A stretch of 64,000 bases of DNA from a virus: the IMG/VR virus record IMGVR_UViG_3300045988_143923; one strand, given 5' to 3'. This document shows, in pieces, positions 1-8,450 of this stretch (positions are counted from its first letter, which is position 1; every line of letters begins with the position of its first letter). Under the pieces are notes generated by a model. It was not told the DNA's origin. It made no database searches and worked only from the letters and a program-made list of their open reading frames with translations. The position numbers and the translations under genes were made by a program.

Positions 1-34
1 CAAATGTAAAGACAGAGGAGTAGTATTCCATGCG

Positions 35-580
35 TTACGCCTCCTTTCCCGATGAGTTCGGACATTCCCTTACAATCAGTTCGGTCATCGCTGGCTGAAC
101 TACTGAGTGCATATATCCGTTGCCGCCGGCCTCTTCATAATCGCGAAACAACCCCCAGAAGGCTTCAGCCTCCATCTGTGTCCATGACTTACTGGGGTTG
201 GTTTCTTCGTTTGTGTAGTAACGGTAACTCTGAAGAAGCCTGTCACGGAGCTTGTTGCACTCGCGGCGTTTATTGGTTTCTTCTACTGAGTCCAGTCTGG
301 CTTGGTAGCGCTCCATTGCTTGGCGGATAGTCTGTATCTCGTTTTCCAGCGTTTGCTGTATCTTGATGCTCTGGGCGCGGTACTCAGGGTATTTATGCAC
401 AGCGTCGAGTGCTTCATTGATTCGCTGGTCGCGGGCTTTTTCAGCCTCGTAGCGTTCAATGAGAAAATCTCTGACCTTTTTGTAGATCAGATAAAGAAAA
501 ACGCCGGCGAGAACTAACTCGACGACGGTAGAAAGGGTGACTTGCCCAAATAGATTTATAAAATTATTAAGGCCGGTCAT
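35..580 (-). CDS. membrane-anchored coiled-coil protein, function unknown
   Basis: 181-aa ORF. N-terminal hydrophobic helix (VTLSTVVELVLAGVFLYLIY) followed by a charged helical region. It lies downstream of the tail-fibre genes on the same strand, so a lysis-module role is possible but unproven. Confidence 0.5.
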   Translation of the reverse strand: MTGLNNFINLFGQVTLSTVVELVLAGVFLYLIYKKVRDFLIERYEAEKARDQRINEALDAVHKYPEYRAQSIKIQQTLENEIQTIRQAMERYQARLDSVEETNKRRECNKLRDRLLQSYRYYTNEETNPSKSWTQMEAEAFWGLFRDYEEAGGNGYMHSVVQPAMTELIVRECPNSSGKEA

Positions 581-624
581 TACGCATCACGCTCATGGCG
601 AGCCTCCTTTCTTTGCAAAATTTA

Positions 625-653
625 TTGACGTTAGGTGGATTCTATTGTATAAT
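625..653 (+). promoter_or_regulatory. SigA/sigma-70-type promoter with overlapping palindromic operator
   Basis: TTGACG (625-630), 17-nt spacer, TATAAT (648-653). The perfect 15-nt palindrome TGTATAATTTATACA (646-660) covers the -10 element. Confidence 0.6.
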
Positions 654-676
654 TTATACAATAAAGAAATGAAGGT

Positions 677-1711
677 GTGAGACCAGTGACAGAGAACGAA
701 ACTCCGCTCAAGTTATGCAGAAAGTGGAGCGAGATGGCTCCCGGCTGCTTCGACACGTTAGACGTGTTGTGCAGAGAGTCTCACGAAGAAATGGGAGTAA
801 GCGATGTGTGCGACCTCCCAATAGGCGCAGCATATGAATATCTGCGAGTAAAGTGTCATTTGGAAAAAGACGGACGTGCTCGTCTCGCCAGTGAACTGAC
901 GGGATTATACATTTGGCGAAAGCATAAGGTTATCTACAACTTCGACCATACTCTTGCGCAAGAGTTGGTCGCTCAAGCCGATGCTATAACAGAAGATGAC
1001 AAAATCCCCACAGAAATTCTGCTGAGACCGCCTTATCCGTGCGTGTATATTCAGACCGATAAGCCGATTCCCGGAAATTCGCTGCCTCTCAAGTTTATGG
1101 CTTGGATAGAAGAAGACGCGAATTCACACGTTAGAGAGTTCCGCGTCCAACCTTTTTCAGATGACATGGAACATACCAAAACGTTCATGTTAGAGCTGAC
1201 GAAGCCCACGGTTTATGAGTGTATTTATGATACCGTAGCCACAACCGCAAAATATCACACTTTCGCCAAATTTCAGTTGAACAACATTCACATTGACGAA
1301 AGTGTTCGTGTGGTGCTCCGCGCTATGCAGTTATATCTGTATGTCTGCAGTGACCAAGCGGATATCCGAGAAAATCCTAAACAGAAGGGAATTTATCGGC
1401 CTCGCCAGCCGGGTCAGCCGATTAAAGATAAATTCCGCGAGATAGACATGAAGGACGTCGGTGTTGTGATTGGTCACACGCTGCGCCGTGCCGAACAGGA
1501 ATCCAGCGCTCCGCAATCAAACCCTTCGGTTGATGAATCGAAGCAGGGAAGTCATAAACGCCCGCATACTCGTCGAGGCCACTGGCATCATTACTGGACT
1601 GGCCCAAAGAGCGAGCCAGAACAGAGAAAACTGATTCTGAAGTGGACTCACCCGATACTCGTCGGCGGTTACACAGATAATGTCGTTACCATGTTCCCGG
1701 TAAAGGAGTAA
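677..1711 (+). CDS. hypothetical protein, first gene of a plus-strand moron cassette
   Basis: 344-aa ORF with a GTG start in the track; the true start may be a few codons downstream. His/Arg/Trp-rich C-terminal motif HTRRGHWHHYWTGP. No family recognised. Confidence 0.55.
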   Translation: MRPVTENETPLKLCRKWSEMAPGCFDTLDVLCRESHEEMGVSDVCDLPIGAAYEYLRVKCHLEKDGRARLASELTGLYIWRKHKVIYNFDHTLAQELVAQADAITEDDKIPTEILLRPPYPCVYIQTDKPIPGNSLPLKFMAWIEEDANSHVREFRVQPFSDDMEHTKTFMLELTKPTVYECIYDTVATTAKYHTFAKFQLNNIHIDESVRVVLRAMQLYLYVCSDQADIRENPKQKGIYRPRQPGQPIKDKFREIDMKDVGVVIGHTLRRAEQESSAPQSNPSVDESKQGSHKRPHTRRGHWHHYWTGPKSEPEQRKLILKWTHPILVGGYTDNVVTMFPVKE

Positions 1712-1714
1712 TGT

Positions 1715-1999
1715 ATGAAAAACAGAAGTTCTAACACTGTTGCTGTAATCATGTGGGTGTATGCAATAGTCAACGCGGTTGTTGGTATTATTTTTGCTTG
1801 TTCAATGTATGATACCTATGAAGTCTTGAGCATCTTGTTTATAGCAGTAACTGTTGTTTTCAGTTTTGGCATCTATGCTGTTGGTGAAATCATCCAACTT
1901 TTGCAGGACATCAAAGATAATACCAATGGTGCGATTCAACCTATCACATTATCGCAAAAGCAGAGCAGCTCGGTAGATGATGATTTGCCTTCGATATAA
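1715..1999 (+). CDS. small membrane protein (two predicted TM helices)
   Basis: 94-aa ORF starting 4 nt after the previous stop. Hydrophobic segments VAVIMWVYAIVNAVVGIIFAC and ILFIAVTVVFSFGIYAVGEII. Confidence 0.6.
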   Translation: MKNRSSNTVAVIMWVYAIVNAVVGIIFACSMYDTYEVLSILFIAVTVVFSFGIYAVGEIIQLLQDIKDNTNGAIQPITLSQKQSSSVDDDLPSI

Positions 2000-2011
2000 G
2001 CATCACTAGAG

Positions 2012-2950
2012 GTGAATGATATGTCTGAAAAATATACGGTTATACAACATGAAAAGCGTGTGTTCTGGGCGCATGATTGTCCTGTACTACTGCAGGCTCA
2101 TGCTTTAACAAAGAACAATGTAGACAACAGTATCTTGGTTCAATGCAAATTCGAAAATCTATCTGAACAGAACATAAAGGCGATGTTTGTTTCCGTCAAG
2201 TGTTTTGATGTTCTGAATAGAGAATTAACTGGAGTGGACAAATTTTCTTATCTGGATATTTCGATACAACCATATACGTTGTTTGGAGACAGGACAGCTA
2301 TACTACTGCCGGATAATGAAACCAGAAATATTCGCATCACTCCTGAGCAAATAGTGTTCTCTGACAACACAGTCTGGGAAAACAAATATAGGCAAGCATA
2401 TGAGTTAGCGAAATATGATCAACTACCAATTTCTTCTTTAGGAGAATTAGCAAGCCAGTATAGCCGAGATTTAAGTTACATCAGCCCCACACAGCAGCAT
2501 AACTATTTGCCTTGTCATGAAAATGGATTTGTTATTTGCGGATGTGGAAAAATTGTTATGAATTCGGTTGCGAATTGCCCCTGCTGCAAGGTTCCCTTGA
2601 AAGCATTGTTCGACTTGAATAATGTCAAAAATCTGGAAAAACATCTCTCTGAATACAATGCTGAACTAGAAGATAATTATAAAAAAATTGAGATTCAACG
2701 CGCCAAAGAGAAAGCCATACTATCTGAAAAGGCCCGACAAGAGGAACTTCAACATCTGCAGAGAAATCCTTTTATAAAACAAAATCCGAGTTCAGATCAT
2801 ACAAAAGTATATAATCTGAAGAAAAAAATCGAGTTAAGTATCTTTGAGAAGGTAGATAGTAAGATTGAAAAAAATAAAAATGCTGTTCTCATCGTTCTCT
2901 TCGTTTTGGTCATATTACTCGCAATCGTGTTACCTCTATATTTGGGGTAG
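2012..2950 (+). CDS. zinc-ribbon protein with C-terminal membrane anchor
   Basis: 312-aa ORF. CGCG-x13-CPCC zinc-ribbon-like motif, a Lys/Glu-rich coiled region, and a C-terminal TM helix (AVLIVLFVLVILLAIVLPLYL). AT-rich. Confidence 0.6.
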   Translation: MNDMSEKYTVIQHEKRVFWAHDCPVLLQAHALTKNNVDNSILVQCKFENLSEQNIKAMFVSVKCFDVLNRELTGVDKFSYLDISIQPYTLFGDRTAILLPDNETRNIRITPEQIVFSDNTVWENKYRQAYELAKYDQLPISSLGELASQYSRDLSYISPTQQHNYLPCHENGFVICGCGKIVMNSVANCPCCKVPLKALFDLNNVKNLEKHLSEYNAELEDNYKKIEIQRAKEKAILSEKARQEELQHLQRNPFIKQNPSSDHTKVYNLKKKIELSIFEKVDSKIEKNKNAVLIVLFVLVILLAIVLPLYLG

Positions 2951-2988
2951 TCAAAAAATGTGGCACTTTTGTCATTCAGAAAAAATAA

Positions 2989-3018
2989 GAAAAGCACCCT
3001 TTTACAGGGTGCTTTTAT
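2989..3018. terminator. bidirectional rho-independent terminator
   Basis: Hairpin AAAAGCACCCT-TTTAC-AGGGTGCTTTT (2990-3016) flanked by an A-run and a T-run. It sits between the converging plus cassette and the minus-strand tail genes. Confidence 0.65.
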
Positions 3019-3286
3019 TTGCATATGTTCCCTTCAGGTAGGCTTCGGCTATCTCATATTGACGCTGAAGCTCGCACAGGTGATCTTGAAGACGACGAAA
3101 GGAGTAGCTAGGAATTTCGTCGATGATAAAACCATTACTGCCCGTACCGGTCACCTTCTGACCCTTCGCATAAGCGATAGAGCCAGTCTGCATGTCGGAT
3201 GCGACAATGGTAGCGTCGTTAGTATCCACATCGAGCTTGCGGATATTAAGCGACTTTACAGGTGTACTGCCGAGACAAAGTTTCAA
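3002..3286 (-). CDS. truncated tail-fibre N-terminal paralogue
   Basis: 94-aa ORF. It shares the motif DTxDAT...(K/Q)KVTGTG with the N-termini of the two fibre proteins upstream but has no propeller domain. Confidence 0.45.
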   Translation of the reverse strand: MKLCLGSTPVKSLNIRKLDVDTNDATIVASDMQTGSIAYAKGQKVTGTGSNGFIIDEIPSYSFRRLQDHLCELQRQYEIAEAYLKGTYANKSTL

Positions 3287-3305
3287 TATTGATCACCTCT
3301 TTCTT

Positions 3306-4403
3306 TCAGGCCCAGGAATCAAAGGAGTCTTTGAGATAATAAGAAGATTCATTGCAAACGGCTACAAACTTTCCTGCACCATAAGTAACAGGAACTAATT
3401 TTGTCTGAGCTCCACCTGGATAAGTGCCACTTCTCCAATTAACACCATCTATCGAGTAAGCAAAAAGCCCTTGGGTAAATGACGTTGCTATAAATTTTCC
3501 ATTGCCATAGCAAACAGAACCCCAGCCTGAGGATGTTGGCATCTCAGTCAGAGTCCAGGAGATACCATCCTCAGAATAAGCTGCAGTATTGCTATCTTTC
3601 TCAACAGCTACAAATTTCCCATTACCGTAACAAACAGAGGCCCAGTTTTTATTTTTTGTCAAATGAGCCTCTCTAAAACCGTGTTTGGTACTTTCATTAC
3701 TATAGATAGCACCACATTCAGGTGAACCATCGGCAACAGCTACTAGTGTGCCTTTACCATAAGCAAGTGTCCAATTATCAGCATAGAATAGCAAACCTTC
3801 CGGTTCCCAATTGATACCATCCTCGGAATAAGCTGGATCGCAATCCTCACTTCCACCCTGTCCAATTACTTCGAAACCTTTATCGTAATAGCAAACAGAA
3901 TTCCAGTTTCCCATTATAGGTCCAAGACGAGGAAAAGTCCAATTAATACCATCAAGAGAATAAGCTACTGCACCATTTCTAGCTACAGCTATAAACTTAT
4001 CCGCGCCGTAGCAAACAGAAGTCCAGTTCTCCTTAATTGTAGCATTAGACTTAGACCAATTAATGCCATCAGTAGAATAAACAGGAGTATCAAGACCAAC
4101 AGCAACGAACTTACCCGCTCCATAACAAATAGAAGACCACGATGTATTAACTGGCATTGTTCCGGTAATCCATTCAGGTTTCTCGATGGGAATTAATGTA
4201 CCAGTGACCTTCTCGCCATTGACATAAAGAGTCTTACCGGACAGAATTTTGTCGGCAGTGGCAGTGGCATCGGAGGTATCCACACCAGTCTGGATTGCTA
4301 AAATTCGATTAGCAAAATCCGAAGCCTTGATTGGATCAGTAGATCCGTCCTTATCACGAATGGCATCTGCGATAGATTTAAGATTGGTTTCTTGAATATT
4401 CAA
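3306..4403 (-). CDS. tail fibre / receptor-binding protein with 7-bladed beta-propeller-like repeats
   Basis: 365 aa. Seven repeats of the W-x-S-V-C-Y-G-x-G-K-F-V-A-V ... A-Y-S-x-D-G-I-N-W type (Asp-box-like SxDGxxW). N-terminal module and C-terminal YLKDSFDSWA are shared with the neighbouring paralogue. Confidence 0.8.
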   Translation of the reverse strand: MNIQETNLKSIADAIRDKDGSTDPIKASDFANRILAIQTGVDTSDATATADKILSGKTLYVNGEKVTGTLIPIEKPEWITGTMPVNTSWSSICYGAGKFVAVGLDTPVYSTDGINWSKSNATIKENWTSVCYGADKFIAVARNGAVAYSLDGINWTFPRLGPIMGNWNSVCYYDKGFEVIGQGGSEDCDPAYSEDGINWEPEGLLFYADNWTLAYGKGTLVAVADGSPECGAIYSNESTKHGFREAHLTKNKNWASVCYGNGKFVAVEKDSNTAAYSEDGISWTLTEMPTSSGWGSVCYGNGKFIATSFTQGLFAYSIDGVNWRSGTYPGGAQTKLVPVTYGAGKFVAVCNESSYYLKDSFDSWA

Positions 4404-4420
4404 AATATCATACCTCCTCT

Positions 4421-5515
4421 CTATGCCCAGGAATCAAAGGAATCTTTGAGGTAAGCAGCGACTTTACTCCTGAAAACTATAGCTACAAACTTACCCGTAC
4501 CATAGCAAACATGTGTCGAGGCCGCGCTAGTCGGCAGCGTAGTCTGAATCTGAGTCCAGTTGATACCATCGGTAGAGTAAGCTGCGATATTGTTACTACT
4601 AGACATGGCTACAAACTTGCCATTGCCATAGCATACCCATTGCCAGGCTGCAGAAATCGGCATCGTAGCCTGAGTCCAGTTGATACCATCGGTAGAGTAA
4701 GCTGCAATATTACCGGTCCTAGACACGGCTACAAACTTACCATTGCCATAACAAACCGAGAGCCAGGTTTTATTAGCCGGCAACGTAGTCAGAGTCCAGT
4801 TGATGCCGTCCTTCGAGTAAGCGGCGCGATCATCAGAACCACCAACAGCCACAAACTTACCCGCACCATAGCAAACTGAATACCACCAAACCTCATCCGA
4901 AATCGTAGTCTTAGTCCAGTTAATGCCATCAGTAGAATAAGCAGCGACACCCTCTACACCACTAGCTATCGCTACAAACTTACCTGCACCATAACAAACC
5001 GAGCCCCAGTCGTAACGACTAGCAGGCATTGTAGTCTGAGTCCAGTTGATACCATCGGTAGAGTAAGCAGCGACATTATCACTGTTAGCCACAGCCACAA
5101 ACTTACCCGCACCATAGCAAACCGAGTTTCCGATTCCACTAGCAGGCATTGTAGTCTGAGTCCAGTTGATGCCATCGGTAGAATAAGCAGCGATATTGCT
5201 GCTATAATTCACAGCCACAAACTTACCCGCACCATAGCAAACCGAAAACCAGCTCTCGCTAGCAGGCATGTCGGAACTTTCCCATTTCGGTTTTTCAATA
5301 GGAACTAGAGTACCCGTTACCTTCTGGTTATTCGCATAACCGGTCAGTCCTGAGAGAATGTCTTTGGCTCCTGCAGTGGCATCAGATGTGTCGATGCCGG
5401 TCTCAATGGTGCTGATTTTACTCGCAAATTCCGATGCTTTAATAGTTCCGGTTTCCCCAGTCTTAGCTTTGATGGCGTCGGCGATAGCTTTAAGATTAGT
5501 CTCCTGAACGCTCAT
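4421..5515 (-). CDS. tail fibre / receptor-binding protein paralogue (7 propeller blades)
   Basis: Start refined to MSVQETNL (ATG 5513-5515), which overlaps the upstream TGA as TGATG. Seven very regular 40-aa blades (SVCYGAGKFVAV...AAYSTDGINWTQTTMPAS). Confidence 0.8.
   Translation of the reverse strand: MSVQETNLKAIADAIKAKTGETGTIKASEFASKISTIETGIDTSDATAGAKDILSGLTGYANNQKVTGTLVPIEKPKWESSDMPASESWFSVCYGAGKFVAVNYSSNIAAYSTDGINWTQTTMPASGIGNSVCYGAGKFVAVANSDNVAAYSTDGINWTQTTMPASRYDWGSVCYGAGKFVAIASGVEGVAAYSTDGINWTKTTISDEVWWYSVCYGAGKFVAVGGSDDRAAYSKDGINWTLTTLPANKTWLSVCYGNGKFVAVSRTGNIAAYSTDGINWTQATMPISAAWQWVCYGNGKFVAMSSSNNIAAYSTDGINWTQIQTTLPTSAASTHVCYGTGKFVAIVFRSKVAAYLKDSFDSWA
4450..5260 (-). repeat. tandem ~120-nt coding repeats (propeller blades)
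   Basis: A near-identical DNA string, gtccagttgataccatcggtagagtaagc, recurs at about 4554, 4674, 5040 and 5160, with diverged copies between them. Confidence 0.7.
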
Positions 5516-5784
5516 CAATAGCTCGCCTCCCAAGTGTCTTGAATAGCCACCTGAATAGCAGAATCGGTATACGCCTTAGCATTAGCTAAAGATTGCGCGG
5601 TTAAACCTTTCACATCTGCCGCATTCGGAATCTGTGTGTTCTTGCCATCAGCGTTGCCGGTATACAGCCGCTTTTCATTGGTTACATACGCAACCTTGCC
5701 CTCTTCCAGCGATGGCAAACCGGATTTAGGGCCAGTATAATCGACGGTGCTTTCGCCCGTCGGAAATGCCGAAATAATAGGCAT
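5515..5784 (-). CDS. short tail-fibre-associated protein
   Basis: 89 aa. The segment EGKVAYVTNEKRLYTGNADGKNTQI resembles the N-terminal motif of phage fibre / Mtd-type proteins. Translationally coupled to the fibre gene. Confidence 0.55.
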   Translation of the reverse strand: MPIISAFPTGESTVDYTGPKSGLPSLEEGKVAYVTNEKRLYTGNADGKNTQIPNAADVKGLTAQSLANAKAYTDSAIQVAIQDTWEASY

Positions 5785-5796
5785 ATTTCTACCTCC

Positions 5797-6201
5797 TTAA
5801 CCTAAAATAACAACCACAGCAGGAATATCCACCGTGGGCTTCTTGCCGTCGCAGTTCAGAGTAAGCAATCCATCAGCCTGCGCCGCAATCGAAAGCTGAG
5901 CCTTGCGGACAGCTGTACGCTGATCTGCCGTCGCACCGCTTGCAATCGCAATAGAGCCATTGGTATCAGCCTTCAGATTTGCTACTGCAACCTGTTGCGA
6001 AAATGGCGCGGCGTCGCCAGTCCAACCATCGGCCGTCAGCGTAATTTCAACCGAACGGCTTTGCTCAGCCTTTCCGGAAAGGGCGGCATCGATCTTCACC
6101 ATATTGGAATTGGACTCGGACGCCATCTGTTCGCGCCAGTCCTTGAATTTAGTCCCTGCATCATCTGTGACGAACAGGTCGTAGTTAGGTGTTCTGCTCA
6201 T
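5797..6201 (-). CDS. tail fibre/baseplate module protein
   Basis: 134 aa. N-terminus NYDLFVTDDAGTKFKDWREQM...NMVKIDAAL is typical of small Firmicutes phage fibre-module proteins (recollection only). Confidence 0.5.
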   Translation of the reverse strand: MSRTPNYDLFVTDDAGTKFKDWREQMASESNSNMVKIDAALSGKAEQSRSVEITLTADGWTGDAAPFSQQVAVANLKADTNGSIAIASGATADQRTAVRKAQLSIAAQADGLLTLNCDGKKPTVDIPAVVVILG

Positions 6202-6216
6202 CTCACACCGCCTTTC

Positions 6217-7434
6217 TTACAAAACCACATAATCTAAGTTGTCGAGCGTCATCGTGTCTATGTCAGCCAGAGACCTATCATCAACCTCAGACAGCAGCCG
6301 ATATCTCCGAATCAGCTCCTCAATCGCACAGCCAAGTACCATAACAGAAGCTAGCTCAGGAGAAGAACCAGTCAACGCCGCGTCACACGCAGCCGCGATA
6401 ACACTATCGGAATCAGCGTGTTCTCTCTTTTCGAGCAGAAAATGGCCGGCGGCCGTATTCTCTATCTGGACAGCATTTTCAAAGCCGCCGAGCGGAAAGT
6501 GTTCCTCAAGCTCGCCGAGTTTCGCTGTGATCTCCATGCCGGAGCTGCCGCCGGAGAAATAGTTGTAGCACAGGTTGGTAACTGCCGCAGAAACTACGGT
6601 TTGAGTCTCTGCACCCACGGCATATGTCAGTAAAAACTGAACCGGAAACGCGACCGGAATTACGGAAGTCTCAGTCTGCAGAAAACTATTCTTTGCTATT
6701 TCTACAACCGTAGAACCAAGAGCAAAAGAAGAAGCGCCGCCGCCCAGAGAGTAAAGAATCTCCACCTGCAGCGGTGCCGCGTAAGGCTCCATCGCTGTCA
6801 TGCCGCCATCAGAGAAAAGCTGATAGCATAAACTTTGCAATTTTGCCTGAAAATGCAATGCGTTCTCGGCTTTGTCGAATTTGTGGCTCCAAGTCTGCTG
6901 AACTTCTGCGGAGAAGGGAAGTGCGCCGGTTGCTTTTTCAAGCGTCTGCTTAGTCTCCTGCGCGGTGGTCTGAATCTCCAAACCATTCTCCGTGCCGGAG
7001 AGCTTTTTGCGTACTTCCATATTCAGCTTGTCTACTGCCAGAACAACAACGTCATCAGCCTGTTCGAAGGTCTCAGCGTGCAGTTCGGTCGGCTCGCTGT
7101 GAATCGTGAGCGCGTTAGGGAAGGAGCTCAGAATCTTGTGAGAGGTGAGCTCCGCCTTGCTGTCAATAACAAGCGCGTTCATGCCGCGTTCCATAACGTG
7201 TCGCAGAATCTGGTCAATCTCCGAATGGATAACCACGCCTTCATCTACAGAGAAAAGGCCGGTCAGATAAGTATCGACCACATGGCTGTCTACGATGATT
7301 GCGTCATATACCTCGCCGACATATTCACGGAAGGGGATAGAGGATATCGTCAGGTCACATTCGGTGTAACGAGACTTGGTGACCAGATCAATGTCGATCA
7401 GCCGGTCACGAAGATAGAGTTTATAATCCTTCAT
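6217..7434 (-). CDS. baseplate/tail-fibre module protein, unknown function
   Basis: 405-aa ORF within the contiguous minus-strand tail operon. No motif recognised. Confidence 0.55.
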   Translation of the reverse strand: MKDYKLYLRDRLIDIDLVTKSRYTECDLTISSIPFREYVGEVYDAIIVDSHVVDTYLTGLFSVDEGVVIHSEIDQILRHVMERGMNALVIDSKAELTSHKILSSFPNALTIHSEPTELHAETFEQADDVVVLAVDKLNMEVRKKLSGTENGLEIQTTAQETKQTLEKATGALPFSAEVQQTWSHKFDKAENALHFQAKLQSLCYQLFSDGGMTAMEPYAAPLQVEILYSLGGGASSFALGSTVVEIAKNSFLQTETSVIPVAFPVQFLLTYAVGAETQTVVSAAVTNLCYNYFSGGSSGMEITAKLGELEEHFPLGGFENAVQIENTAAGHFLLEKREHADSDSVIAAACDAALTGSSPELASVMVLGCAIEELIRRYRLLSEVDDRSLADIDTMTLDNLDYVVL

Positions 7435-7455
7435 GTTTGTCCCCTTATCTTAAAC

Positions 7456-7866
7456 TTAGGCGGTCGGGTTCTGAACGGACAGCTTGAGGTAATTCTCCTT
7501 GATGGTCATGATGGTAGCCGTCTCGACCGTTCTCGGCGTAGTCAGTGCGCCGTACATCAGCAGATTGCCCGCGCCGATCTCGTTGGAATCATATACAACA
7601 AAGTGGGTAACAGTGCCCCAGCCGTTGGTAGACTCGTTGAAATTGATTGCCTGCTGGTTGGTTACCAGACCGTCAACCGGCTCACCCAGACTGTTCAGCT
7701 CAACACGAGCGTAGCCTGCTGCAGTCTCCGGTTCCGTTACATTGCCGCCGGTCTCATTGGGCTCGGTCTTGCTCAGGCCGATGTAATACTTCGTCGGAAT
7801 AGCCGGCGTCTCCTTGGAACGAAATACATTGCCCGCTACAAGGTTCAGAAAATACTTAGTATTCAT
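7456..7866 (-). CDS. tail-collar-fibre-like protein
   Basis: 136 aa. The pattern YIGLSKTEP...GYARVEL...INFNEST..WGTVTHFVVYDS..GAGNLLMYGAL resembles the N-terminal tail-collar fibre domain of the P2 gpH type. Confidence 0.5.
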   Translation of the reverse strand: MNTKYFLNLVAGNVFRSKETPAIPTKYYIGLSKTEPNETGGNVTEPETAAGYARVELNSLGEPVDGLVTNQQAINFNESTNGWGTVTHFVVYDSNEIGAGNLLMYGALTTPRTVETATIMTIKENYLKLSVQNPTA

Positions 7867-7878
7867 GCCTTTTCTCCT

Positions 7879-8259
7879 TTACTTGATGATTGGTTTGTCA
7901 ATATTACGCGTCACATACATGATGCCCTGATAAGGAATGTCCACATCTCCCTCGGAGCCTTTGATAGTGACCTGATAAATAAATTTCCCCGCCAGATTGA
8001 CCGTATCAGATGGTTCGAGTTCGACGCGAAGAATGTTGTCTGTCGCGTCGGTTTTGCTCTCGATGATATCCATCGTTTTGGTAATCAGCGGGGAAGATTT
8101 ATTCAGATACTCAGCTACAGAAAAGTAGCCGGTGCAGCCTCTCATGCTGAGCGGGCGGCCGTTGTCCTCAAAGTAGGTATGGAACGCCAACTGCTGTGTT
8201 GCACCGCCAACAAATGTGACGGTCGGCAGCTGATAGGGCGATTGGTCGCAAAGCGACAT
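7879..8259 (-). CDS. Ig-like baseplate protein (BppU-N-like)
   Basis: 126-aa beta-rich ORF in the baseplate module. The assignment rests on pattern similarity only. Confidence 0.45.
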   Translation of the reverse strand: MSLCDQSPYQLPTVTFVGGATQQLAFHTYFEDNGRPLSMRGCTGYFSVAEYLNKSSPLITKTMDIIESKTDATDNILRVELEPSDTVNLAGKFIYQVTIKGSEGDVDIPYQGIMYVTRNIDKPIIK

Positions 8260-8275
8260 AAGTTCACCGCCTTTC

Positions 8276-8440
8276 TTAGTCCGCAGAGTTGTCCTCTTCT
8301 GCGAGTTTTGAGAGTTGCTGTGCGAGGTTTCGGCAGCGCGTCAGCACTTCTGCCATGCGGATAGCATCATCGCCGCGGACTGAGATTTCCGCCAGACGAT
8401 TGTGAATCTGTGCTACTTCCGCGAGAATTTCTTTTGTCAT
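8276..8440 (-). CDS. small helical protein
   Basis: 54-aa ORF below the track cutoff, translated by hand as MTKEILAEVAQIHNRLAEISVRGDDAIRMAEVLTRCRNLAQQLSKLAEEDNSAD. It fills the gap between two tail genes. Confidence 0.35.
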   Translation of the reverse strand: MTKEILAEVAQIHNRLAEISVRGDDAIRMAEVLTRCRNLAQQLSKLAEEDNSAD

Positions 8441-8450
8441 GCGTGCTCCT

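Noticed and set aside
6835-8364. 509-aa plus-strand ORF, among the longer ORFs in the track
   Set aside because: It lies antisense to three well-supported minus-strand tail genes (6217..7434, 7456..7866, 7879..8259). It is Arg/Leu/Val-rich with no RBS or recognisable motif, which is typical of a shadow ORF.
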